Assembly (NCBI GenBank): GCA_050613775.1
Contig: JBODTK010000153.1
Span: 62,001 to 126,000, forward strand
Reading direction: 5' to 3'
DNA: 64,000 nt
Source: Neocallimastix sp. 'constans'
Taxonomy: Eukaryota
The position numbers and the translations under genes are program-made. Below are positions 1 through 17,722 of the stretch, piece by piece (the first letter of the stretch is position 1; each line of letters begins with the position of its first letter). The notes below the pieces were generated by a model. That model did not search any database. It saw only the letters and a list, made by a program, of their open reading frames with translations, and was not told the DNA's origin.

Positions 1-146
1 TATTTATTTATTTATTTATTTTGTATTAAAATTCAATTATATAATAAAATATAAGCATATATATTAATTTTAATCATAATTTATTAAAAATAAAATTTTT
101 ATTCATATATATATATGTATATATGTAATATTTAATTTAAAAATAG

Positions 147-848
147 AATAAATCATCAAAATTCGATTATCTTACTAATCCATTGAAATTTAGACCAATA
201 AATAATGATTCAAAATTAATACCTGATTCAACTATAGTATCTATAGTTGCAGCCTATGCTACTTCATTAATTGTAGTAGATTTTTTATTACCTTATAATA
301 ATTTAAATGAGGATTCAACCGAAGATTATACCATTAGGACAAGACAAACTGATCATAAAAAATATATATCAACATTAGAATGGACAAATGATGGTCATAA
401 TCTTGTTACTGCTAGTGAAGATATAATATATGTATGGAATATTGATGCAAATAATGAATTTCAGATTATATATTCTATTTCATCATCTGAAAATGAAAAA
501 ATATGTTCTTGTATTATACTTCCTGATCCATATCGTCAACTACCTAATACAGTAATAACAACAAATAATATGAAAACATTACGTATTGCATATAGTGCTT
601 ATGGTAATATATATATTTGGGAATCAGATAAAACTAGTAAAGCAATATATTCTCAATATACACAAGCAATAGGAAAAGTAAGTACATATATTAAAGCACA
701 TGCTGGAATCATTTGTTCATTAAGTAGTTGTTTAAGACCAAAATCAATTATAAATAATATGACAGAGGGTCCTATTAATGAAATTATTTTAGCATCATCA
801 AGCAATTCAAAAGATAATAATTTAAAATTATGGAGTTTAAATTTATAG
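147..848 (+). CDS. Final exon of a WD40-repeat protein (5' part outside window)
   Basis: AT-rich intron ends AG at 145-146. The ORF has WD-like repeats (HKKYISTLEWTNDGHNLVTASEDIIYVWNI; HAGIICSL...SSSNSKDNNLKLWSL). Stop TAG at 846-848. Confidence 0.7.
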   Translation, partial: NKSSKFDYLTNPLKFRPINNDSKLIPDSTIVSIVAAYATSLIVVDFLLPYNNLNEDSTEDYTIRTRQTDHKKYISTLEWTNDGHNLVTASEDIIYVWNIDANNEFQIIYSISSSENEKICSCIILPDPYRQLPNTVITTNNMKTLRIAYSAYGNIYIWESDKTSKAIYSQYTQAIGKVSTYIKAHAGIICSLSSCLRPKSIINNMTEGPINEIILASSSNSKDNNLKLWSLNL

Positions 849-1427
849 ATTTATAAATTTTATTTATTACCGCTAATTTTATAATTTTATAATTTTTTTT
901 CTTAAAAAATAATTAAATATATATATTATTGTATTAAATTTTTATTATTTTTATTTTTTTTTATTTTTTTTTTTTTATTTTTATTTTTTTTTTCTTTTTA
1001 TTATTTTTTTATTGATATAATTCAATTTATTATTTATTATTTAAAAGTATTAAAATTATATTATTATTAAAATATATATAATTTAAATGAATTACCGTTT
1101 TACTTGCATAAAAATAATACTATATAAATGTTTTAATTTATACATATTTATATATATATTTTTTCAAATAAATTAATATTTGCAATTTCAATTTTTAATT
1201 TAAAAATTATTATCATTTTTTTAAAACATTTTATTACTATTGTATGAAGAAAAAAGAAAAAGAAATATATATATATATATAAATGTTATAATACCAAAAC
1301 AAAGCGAAAGTGCTTATAATTGAACTTCATATATTATTTATTTATGTATTTAAAATATATATATAAAATTTAGTTTAAAATAAATAATTTTATATATAAT
1401 AATTATTATTTCTTGAAATTTCCAGTT

Positions 1428-1795
1428 TTTACCCTGTTTTCTGGTGTAACTTACATATATATATGGTTTCTGGATCTAACTCACAACTACATTCTAAATT
1501 TATTATTAGGCATCCTCCCAGGATGTTTTTCTCTATAAATGAAGTAGATAAATTTGCTATACTATATAATTTTTAGTGCAGAGAAAACTTGATCTGTGAG
1601 AGGATTTGTAAAGTTGTTCCTCCTTTGATGATTAATCAAGAGATCACTGAAAAGAAGCCTATCGTATAAATCGATGTATAGGGAATGTCTTTCATCTTAA
1701 TCTTTCTTAGAGAGAGGTCCGAATCGATGCTGAAATGTATGGCAAAGAATCCAATGAGAGTTTAATGCATTCAAGAGAGACTGGAGTCCCTCTCA
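1428..1795 (-). pseudogene. Possible decayed 3' fragment of a non-LTR (LINE) ORF2, zf-RVT-like region
   Basis: GC-elevated island in AT-rich intergenic DNA. Minus-strand frames with stops and a shift read DLYDRLLFSDLLINHQRRNNFTNPLTDQVFSALKII*YSKFIYFIYREKHPGRMPNNKF / ECSCELDPETIYICKLH, resembling the C-terminal Cys region of LINE RTs. Resemblance judged by eye only. Confidence 0.3.
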
Positions 1796-2529
1796 TTAAT
1801 CCAAGTTAAAAAAAATAAATATTATTTCTTTTATTATTATTATTATTGTTGTTATTATTATTATTATTCTTTTTATTATAAATAAATAAATAAATATATA
1901 TTATTTAATATATATTTATATTAAATAATATTTCAAATGGAGTTCCCTTTTTTTTTTTTTTTTTTTTTTGATCTAAATTAAGCTTAATCATGGATTTATA
2001 TAAATTGAATAAATTGATAGAAGTATTTTATAAAAAAAATTTTTTATATGTTAATTTAATAATTATTTTAATTTATTATTTTTTGTGGTTGATATAATAG
2101 TAATAATATAAAAAAAAAGTTTTAAATTATTAAATAAACATTTTTTATATTATTTTAATATTTTTTTTTTTTTTTTTATTTTATTAAATTTATTTTTATT
2201 TTTATTTTTATTCTTTTTACTATATAAATCTATTGATACTTAAGCATTTTAAATATTTTATTTTCCTTTTTTTTTATAACTTTTATTTTTATTATTATTA
2301 TTTTTATTTTTTATTTTTATTTTTATTTTTAATTTATATAATAAAATTATGATAAAACTTTAAAATAAATTTTATTAAAATAAAATAAAAAAAAAAATAA
2401 ATTAAAAAATAAAATAAAATAAAAAAAGGAAATTTCATTACTATTTTTTTATTTTTACTAATATAGTCACTATATTATTAAAATTTATTAAAATTTATTA
2501 TAAAAAATTTAATATTTTATTTAAATAAC

Positions 2530-2563
<34 letters not shown>

Positions 2564-2651
2564 TAATTTTATTAACGTTGTTTTTAAATATTTTATTTAT
2601 ATATCATCTAATCATTTATACATAAAACAAATTATTTTTATAATATATATT

Positions 2652-3279
2652 TTATTCTGGATCTTCGGGAGCTATTGTTCCTATTCCTATTACAGTCCAA
2701 AAAGAAACAAATTTTTGAACACCATGAGATAATTCAGCATAATTAGGTGAGATTGGTGTTTCATTATTTACTTCTTTTTCATCATTTACAAAGGAATAAG
2801 TTACAAGAATTGGAAACTTTCATTATTATTATTATTATTAATATTATTATTATTATTTAGTATAAATTTATAAATTTATAAGTTATAAACAAAACAAGAT
2901 AATATATACATATTTTAATTATATATCTTTTTATTTATATATATCTTTTTTTTTTGTTTATATATATATATATATATATATAAATCTTACCTCTACTCTA
3001 TCATTAACATTTCCTGTTGGCCTTACTTCAACAATAATACTAACAGAATTTTTCTTTTTTTCAAAAATACCTACTTGTTTTTGTTCTGGTGATTCAGCAT
3101 CATTTTCAAATTCATTCAATGGATCATATGCAGGTATTTTAAAGTTTGTAGCTAATACAGTAACCTAAAGTAAATAAATAAATAAATAAATAATAAAATA
3201 CATTAATAAAATTATTTATTATTACTTATTATTAATTAGTTATATTCATATTATATATTTGAATTTTTATTATTGTTAC

Positions 3280-3321
<42 letters not shown>

Positions 3322-3944
3322 TGGTTAATAAAATAATAAATATAAATTATTAAATGTATATTATTTAATTTATTATATATATAAATTTACATTGCATGAT
3401 GAATGTCCTTCAGATTTTTTATATGGGTCTTTTATTTTTGAAGTTGATACTGGATTTATGGGAATAATTGGTGCAGTAGAGATTTTTAATGATGGTTTTT
3501 TCCTTTTACTCATTGGTGACAGAATAGGTGAAAGTGGTGCTAGAATTGAACTGGCTCTACGGTTAGACTTTGGGGTTGAAGATGATGAACTATTTTTATT
3601 TATATTGGTATCTATTTCCAGTTTATTTTCATTTTGTTTATTTGGTAATGTTGAAAGATTTACTGAAATTTCTTGCGGTAAAGGATTTACAAATTTTAAT
3701 AATAACTGAACTGGAATATCTTTATGAAGTGGTTTATTAGGAATTAACTGTTGTATAAATATATTTGGAATATAATCACTAGATTATTATTTTATTATTT
3801 TTACCAATATATTTATATAAAATATATTAATTTATAATATAAATATTACATTAGATTTTTTTATTGATATAATAAAATTTATAGTATTTAAATTTTTTCT
3901 TTATTTACATATTTTTAAATATAAATTTAAAAAAAAAAAAAAAA

Positions 3945-3995
<51 letters not shown>

Positions 3996-5007
3996 AAATA
4001 ATAATAAAATTTTTTCTTTATTTACCGTGCAAAATACTTAATGGAAAATCTAATATTACTTGGTTTTTTCATTTTTTGAACTTCTTGTTTAATCAAAATT
4101 TTTTCACATTTTGTACACTTTGTTTGTAATTTCACTCTTAATGGTATTCTGTGAATTCGAAGATGGCTATTTTTATTAATTTTGGTTATTTATAATATTA
4201 AAATTAATGTTGTAATTATTATTGGTATAAGAATGTAATTTAAATATTTATTAAATAAGAAATTAATTATTATAGATAAATTAATAAATAAATAAATAAA
4301 CTATTAAAATTATTAATGCCAAAAAAAATATTTTCATTCATAAAAAATATAATTTATGAATGGATAAATTGCATGAAGTATAAATATAAATAAAATAAGA
4401 TATTATGAAATTTACATACTTTGTAAATTTTGGTTGATCCTCCGGTTGATTTAATTTTTGTTCTAATGTAGTTACTTATATTTGATATTAATATTATGTT
4501 TATATATTAAAATTAATATAATAATAATAAATTAAAATTAATAAATAAAAAATAAAAAAGATAAATAAAAAAAAAATAAAAAATAATATTAATACATATA
4601 ATGTTTAATATGTATTAGAACTTTTATTTAATTATAAAAATATGTTATATATAATATTTAATATAAACATTTACATTCATCCATTGTATCAAGATTTTTT
4701 AATTTTATCATTTCCATTTCATCTTCCATAAGTAATGTTGAGTCTTGGTTATCTTTGATATACTCATAACTATTTTGATTGTTTTCTTTTTTTGTTTGCA
4801 TTAATTTTGATTTTAAATCTGGTATTTGAGAAATAATTGAAGGTGAAAGAAACAATGAAGAAGAACTACCAAATAATGCACTTAAACGCTTTGTATTTAT
4901 ATTATTCATATTAGTACTAGTTCTTAAACATTTATCATAATGATTTCTAAGATTTTGAAATTCAATTTCATGCTGTAACATACTTTCTTTCTTTTGAAGT
5001 TGTACTA

Positions 5008-5060
<53 letters not shown>

Positions 5061-5843
5061 TTACTGAAGATATTTATTATAAATATTACTAGAAAAAAAT
5101 TATTTATTTACAATATAAACCAGTAGATTTATCAAAAGATAAATTAATTTCCAAAGATTTCCATTGACATACATTACAAGCCAAATAATATAAATTTTGT
5201 TCATCTGAATTTGGTGCAGGTGAGGCTGTTGAGTTTGGTGTTTCTTCTTTTTGAGATACAACTGTTAATACATTAAAACAAACCGGACATTCAAAACAAT
5301 TTCTTATACATCTATTATTTCAAACAGTTTTTAAATTATGAAGAAATATTTAAATTTATATATGTACAAACATTATTAAAAAATTAATTTTAAATAATTT
5401 AAATTATTTAATTTTTTATTGGAAATCCTTTTTTCAATAAACAAATACTTATATATATTATCAATTATAGATAAAATAATTTAAATATAAATTTACCTAT
5501 TTTGTTCAGAAACAACACTAGCTTGAGGAACATCAAATAAACAATTTGGACAATAGAAACATAAGAAATCATTTTTAACACATTCTGGACAATGAATTTC
5601 ACAACAACTAGGACAAAAATATAAATCATAGATTGATTTTAGTCTATAATGATTGAACGCATTTGGAGGAAAATGTGAAATTGTTGTTGAATTTATTTCG
5701 CTTTCGATTGGGTCTTTTAATGGAAATTCAAATGTTGATAAATAAACATCTCTTCTAATTTTATTAACTACTTGACAAGTACATTGATAATACACATATG
5801 GAAAAGGAATATCATTTTTTTCAGAACTTCTATTACTTTCCAT
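2652..5843 (-). CDS. DCTN4: Dynactin subunit 4 (p62), multi-exon
   Basis: Cys-rich N-terminus LYFCPSCCEIHCPEC...FYCPNCLFDVP...EQNRCIRNCFECPVC...YYLACNVCQW; C-terminal FWTVIGIG. GT-AG exons include 5497-5843, 5112-5311, 4675-5004 and 4420-4474. Stop TAA at 2652-2654. Confidence 0.9.
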
Positions 5844-6136
5844 TTTAATATATATTTATATTTTATTTATTTATTATAAAAATTGGTTGAAAAAACTATA
5901 TTTTTATTTACTTCTCATATATATAAATAAGCAATAATAAATATATCAAGAAAAAAAATAAATACATAAATTAATATTTAAATCTTTTCGAATACAATTT
6001 GTTTGAACATACAAATGAATTAACAATAATATAAACTATTTATTATATATTATTAATATAAACTATATAAAATTTAAACTTACATTATGTATTTAATATT
6101 AAATGAATTTCTTTTACAAAATATATAATTTTTACT

Positions 6137-6298
6137 TATAAATTATTTACTTATAATCAAAAATTTATATTATATAATATATTAATAAATTAGATAATAT
6201 ATTACTTTTTTCTTTTTATAAATTATTTATTTTTAATCAAAAATTTATATTATATAATATATTTATAAATTAAATAATATATTACTTTTTTCTTTTTT
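6137..6298. repeat. ~80-bp tandem duplication (2 copies), intergenic
   Basis: taatcaaaaatttatattatataatatatt...aatatattacttttttcttttt occurs twice in tandem. Confidence 0.75.
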
Positions 6299-6638
6299 CC
6301 TTTAAAAATGGTTGAAATTACTTTTACATTTATTATTTATTTTAATATATAAAAAAAAAACTGTAGTTTTAATTTTAATAATTAATAATTAATATCAACT
6401 AAAAAATTTATTTTAATTTGAATAAAATCCAATCATATATTATAATTATATAATATATTAAATTCGTAATTTTAAAAACATATATATATTAATAAAATAT
6501 TAAAATTAATAATAAATATAATTATTTGAATTAAATGGTTAACATAAAAAAATTTAAAATTTGAATAGCTTTGTGAAAAATCAATAGAATTAAATCATTT
6601 TAGATAATGGTTTAATTCTAAATTTATTATTTTTATTT

Positions 6639-6685
<47 letters not shown>

Positions 6686-7010
6686 TGAATTTATTTATGA
6701 ATTTATTTATGAATTTATTTATGAATTTTTATTTTTTTTATAAATTTATTTAATTTACAACAATAGTTTTAAAATTATAATTTTTGCAAAGAAATATATA
6801 TTATATTATTTTGATAAATAAAAATAATAAGATGTTAACTAAAATTTTATGAGACGAAAATTTCTTTTTTTGTTTACTATAAAATTTTAATTTATATCTA
6901 TGTATTTATTAATAATTATTTTAATTTTTATTAAGATATTACATATTATTTATTAGTCTTAAATTTTGATTCTAATTCCTTTTTTTCCCTCGTAATCTTC
7001 TATGTTGTTT

Positions 7011-11896
<4,886 letters not shown>

Positions 11897-13098
11897 TTTT
11901 CTTTTCAATTTGTAACTTTTATTTCATATATTTTAAACAAATAAATACTTATTTAAAAAAATTTATTCATATATATATTATTTCTTTCCTATTTAATAAT
12001 ATTTTTTTTAAAAATAATAATATAAAAATAGCAGCAAATAAAAAATTTATTTATACTATATGATGATAATATTATATTTTTAATTATAAGTTATATATTA
12101 TACTTTCATATATTATTTTATCTTTTTTTCCTTTATTTAATTATATTTATTAAGTATTTAATGAAAAGGAATTAGCATCTACATTTTATTACTTATTATA
12201 GTTATTATTAACTTAATAAATCCAAAAAAAATAAAAAACTTTTTTAACATTTTTAAAAAATCAAAAAAAAAATTTTTTTTTATTAAAATTTTTATAATAT
12301 ATTTTTTTTATTACTATTTTTAAAATGAAATTTAAATATATAAGAATTAAGTAAAAATTCATCATAAAAGGAAATAAAGGAAACATTAAAAAAGAATATT
12401 ACATTTTGATTAGTTTATTTTTTAATATATTTAATGTTTTATCTGCTATTGTTTATTTATTATTTATTTTGCCATGTTTGAGTAATATATTATTATTGAT
12501 TATGTTAAAAAAAAAAAAAAAAAAAACATATAAAGTTGAAAATAATTCAAATATAATATACTATTTATTAATTTCTGATTTGTACGGTTTCTTATTTTAT
12601 TGTAAAATATATTAGTGAGTAGTTTCTTCTTTTTTCATTGTTAAATGAAAATTTAGGTTTGCTTTTTAATTTATTAAATATTTAATAAAAATATATGTAT
12701 TTTTTTCTTTAAAACTTTTTTCTTTAAATAATATGATTTTATTTAAATTTTTTTATATAATTTTTTAATATAATAAAAAATTACCTTTATTAGTTTGGCA
12801 TATAATATTAAATGACTATTTATAAATATTATAATTAAAGATTAATTGAAATATTGTAAATAATATTAAATATCATTAATGCAAATATTACTTTACTTTA
12901 AAATCATAATAAGAATTATCTTAATTATATCAAATTAATAAAAACTTGAAAAATTAACAAATAACATAAATATAAATAATTGACACATTTTTTCCAAATC
13001 TTGATTATCATGTGAAATGTTTAAATTATCTAAATTTATATTACAATAAAAAAAAATAATAAATATTATTTTATTTTATTTTATTTTATTTTATTCAA

Positions 13099-13243
13099 GT
13101 ACTTTATATTCATGTTTTAACTATTTATTTTATTTTATTCTATTCAATCTGTACTTTATATTCATATTCTACTATTTATTTTATTTTATTCTATTCAATC
13201 TGTACTTTATATTCATATTCTACTATTTATTTTATTTTATTTT
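13099..13243. repeat. ~51-bp minisatellite, ~3 copies
   Basis: Unit gtactttatattcatattctactatttattttattttattctattcaatct repeated in tandem. Confidence 0.85.
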
Positions 13244-14092
13244 ATTACTATTATTAAGACTATAAGTTTTTTATTAAATTCAGGAATTAAGTCACCTATA
13301 ACTTTCGATTTTTTAAATAAAAAAAATTACATAATTATATATATAATTATTATTAAAAATACAATATTTGCAATGCCTTCAATATATTTATTTATTAATT
13401 GTTTTGATTTCTTTTTTTTTATTATTATTAGTAATATAAAAATACATATATATATTTTTTAAATTAAATCTATTATGTATTATCCAATAATTATTTAGTA
13501 AAAAAAAAAAAAAAGCTTTAAATTATAAAATAAATTAATGTTAACTTTAATTTAGAATTTTCCGATTTTTATTAATAAAAGTAACATCAAAAATATTATT
13601 TTATAATTTTCCAATTATTAATTAAAAGTAACCTCAAATATACTATTTTAAAAAATGAACAATAAATTTGTTAATTATTTTATTTATAAGAATTATTAAA
13701 ACAAATATAATATATATATTTTTTAACTTATGTACAAATATAAACATAATCAGTTTATTTATTTATTTATTTATTTTTTTTTTTTTTTTTTTTTGAATAT
13801 TTTATATTATTTATTTAATTAATCCTTTTTTTTTTATTAAATATTTCAAATTATGATAAATTATAAATTACTATATTAAACATAAATTAGCTATAAATAT
13901 TATTTTAATTTTTATTATTATCTTTTTTTTTTGTATATTTTATATTTTTTCCTTTTTTTTATTTTTTTTTTTTTTTTTACTTTTATTTATTTATTTATTT
14001 ATTTTATTTACTATCAATTATTATTAATTAAAAAAAAAAATATTATCAATGTTTATTTTAAATTATTATTAATTAAATTAAAATTATATAAT

Positions 14093-15943
14093 TTAAGAAA
14101 ATTGAGCCATTTTTGCTACCATCTCTTGTGGAGTTTTTAATTTTAAAGGTACAAAGTTATCTAAATCTACTGGAAGTTGTGATAAGGCATAGTTTGGAAC
14201 AAGTTTTCTATTTAATGATGAGTTAATACTTAATTCATGTTCAGTAAAGTTAAATAATGGTGGTAGAGGCTTTCCTGTGAGTAAAACAGTATTCTGTTGT
14301 CTTAACTCATTGAAAAATGGATGTGTCATAGCTTCAATAGCTGTTAATCTCTTTGTTGGAGTATACTCTAATAGACCTGACAATAATTCTAATGCTTCCG
14401 GAGTGGTAGCTCTACCTCTGAATACCTTTAAATAATTAATAATTAATATTAGTCTTAATAAATAAAATAAATAAACAATTGAAAAATATCAATTTCATTT
14501 TTAATATTAAATATTTTTCTTTGATATTTTACCTTTGACCATGAACAAGATTTAATTTGTGGAAATTTATATTCACTATAATGTTCATTCATACTTAATA
14601 TTTGTTCTTTAGTTGGAGTACCTAAAATCTTAATTATTTCTACTAATTGATCAACACATGATTCACCTAAAAATAATGGTTGACCCAATATAAGTTCTGC
14701 CATAACACAACCAGCAGACCAAATATCTAATAGTATTTAAAAAAAAAAAAAGGAATAAAATATAAAAATAAAAAAATTTTTTTTTGCATTTTATAAATTA
14801 TAAAATTAATTGTAATATAAACTTAAGTTTTATATTAAAAATATTTAAATGATGATTTTCCTTACCAATTAAAACAGAATAATTAATACTACCAAAAATT
14901 AATTCTGGAGCACGGTAATATCTAGAACATATATAACTAACATTTGGTTCTCCGGCAATTAAAATCTTAGCACTACCAAAATCGCAAAGTTTTAAAACAC
15001 CTGTAGTTGGGTCTAAAAGAAGATTTTGAGGCTTAATATCTCTGTGACAGATACCTAAAGAATGAATATATGCTAGTGAACGGAAGAGTTGATACATATA
15101 TAACTAAAATTAAATTATTATATATTAATATAAATAAAAAAATTTTAATATATCAATATATACTATATATATTAAGTTTTATATATACTTTTATTGATAG
15201 GATTGGCATATTTTGCCTTATTTTAACATAATGTCTACTAGCACGATAAATAGTTTCTGGTATAAATTCTAAAACCAAGTTTAAAAATACTTCATCTTTC
15301 TTTTCACCATTTAAATAGAAATAATATTTTAATGTGACTACATTTGGATGAGAAACTAAATTCATAATTTGAAGTTCACGATTCTATATTTAAAATTAAA
15401 ATATGAAATTCAATAAAAATTGAAAATTCATATATTTATTATATATTATGTACATTATAAATATTTACATAAATATAAACTATTTAATCTAGATCTAAAA
15501 AAAAAAATTTCATCTTTATTATTACTTTAAATCGTTTATCTTGCAAAACTTTCTTAATAGCAACAGTTTCATTGGATTTTATTAACTTAGCTCTAAAAAC
15601 GACACCAAAAGAACCGCTTCCTGCAACTTTTGAATTAACAAATGAAATTTCAGTTAATTCACCCGTATTACCACGGTTAGCCATAACAATTGTTGGATGA
15701 TCGGTATCAATTTCATCTATTAATGTATTATAATTATTATTTTTAGTTTATAATAATATATAATATATAATAAATAAATTAAAATATTTTTTATAAATAT
15801 ATATATATATAATATTTACTATTTGTTTTGATTCCATTTATAATGTTGTCTTCTGAATTGTCATTACTTTCTTTCCAATCTTTAGATGTATTATCCATTA
15901 ATGCTTTTACTGGTTGTAAAATGTTTTTTTTCATATTTGACAT
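14093..15943 (-). CDS. GSK3: Glycogen synthase kinase-3 (shaggy-like CMGC kinase), 6 exons
   Basis: [82 protein letters not shown] introns. Inferred ATG at 15943. Confidence 0.95.
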
Positions 15944-16075
15944 AATTATTTGATATTATTAAATTAATTTTCTTTATTCTTTTTTTTTTTTTTTTTTTTT
16001 TTTCTTTTTTATTTTTATTTTTATGAAAATTAAATATATATATATATATTATATAAATATATTTATATATATTTA

Positions 16076-16117
<42 letters not shown>

Positions 16118-17722
16118 GTTGTTGTTTAGTTTATTTTATTGTTTTTTATATTCCAATACTTGAAATTTATTAAAAAAAAAGTAATTAATTATTATTTATG
16201 ACTTAAATTATATATTTACTTATGATAAATTATGACTCTCTTTATAGTTTTTTGTTTATTTCCTTGCTTATATTTATCATATAAAAAATTATTAATTATT
16301 TATTTATTAAAATTTAATATCTTATAAATTAATTATATATTAATTAAAAATTAAAATTTAAATTACAAGAAAATAAAATTTCTTAAATTAAAAAAAGATG
16401 AAAAAATATAACACAAATATTTTTATTAATATTAGTGTAAATAAATTTATTATCCTTTTTTATTTATAATTTTCCCTATTTATCCATAATTTTTTATGAT
16501 GTTATCAAAGAGTATAGAGTGTGAATACAATAAATTTTTCATTAAAGAATTTTTTTATTATTATTTATTTTTTTATAAGTAAAATTAATTTGAAGTTTTG
16601 AAATACTTTAATGTATTATTTCTTAAATTATGGATTTTTAAAATTTAAATACAGTACACTAATTTATATTCTATAATTTTTCAAAAATTCATTACAATTA
16701 ATAAGATTTTAAAATATTCTTATTTTATTATTGAACAATTTGTCCCTTTGTCTTTTTTTTATTCTTTTTAATATTGTTTTTTTTTTTTTTTTTTTTTTTT
16801 TTTATAGATATAAATTAAATAAAATGGCTTTCTGTTATTAAAATTAAAATTATATTTGTATAGTTTAGATAGATTTTATTTATATGATGTTTTTATTAAA
16901 TTAAATTAATATATATTTTTAATAAGAAATCTATTATATTATACAAAAAAAAGGAATTTATATATATGTATATAATTTAAAATAGTATTTAAAAAAAAAT
17001 TTCTTTAAAATATTATTTTATATTCTCCCTTTCTGTAAATTATAATTTAAAATTTTATTTTGAGTCCAATGAATATATTCCTTTATAAATGATTTATTTA
17101 TATTGCATATTATAATATAGTATGAAGTTCTGTAAATATATATATTATTTGAATGTTCCTTTGTTCCTGACTTCTTATTTTTTAAGTTTAAATTTTTTTA
17201 TTATCATTTATTTTTTTTTTTTAATTTTTACTTAAAAAAGAATATATATATAAATAAAAAATTAATATACAATTAACAAAATTATGTTTTATATAATACT
17301 GACTAAATATTTTATTAATATTAATTTAATTATATTAATAATAAAATAAAAAACTATTATAAATAAATTTGTTATTATAGTATAGAAAAATAATATGAAA
17401 TTTCTTTAATTAAAATTTAATATTATTACTATTTATTCCTTATTACTATAATACTTTGACTGATATTAGTTATTTATTATGAGTGCTAACTATTTAATAT
17501 TTTTTATTTTATTTTTTTTCTCATATAAATATTTTTTTTTTTTTTTTTTATAATAAATAAAGTAAAATAAAATAAAATAATATTAAAATAAAAAAATATT
17601 AAAAACGATTTGAATAAAATAAAATATTAATAATTATATAATAATTTAAAATAATATTTATTTTTGTTTTGATAATATTTTAGTTTATTTTTTTTTACTA
17701 ATATTATTTTAATAATTATAAT

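Noticed and set aside
1420..1805. U17/snR30, TPP riboswitch, RNase P/MRP or telomerase RNA
   Set aside because: Only isolated short matches (AAACCAU, AAAACUUGAUC, a TCTAA-bounded C/A-rich stretch); partner motifs are missing or misplaced.
3392..3709. Plus-strand 105-aa ORF and the many other short antisense or alternate-frame ORFs
   Set aside because: These are shadows of DCTN4, TRA1 or retrotransposon ORFs, or low-complexity AT-rich artefacts (e.g. 11872, 12406, 13931).
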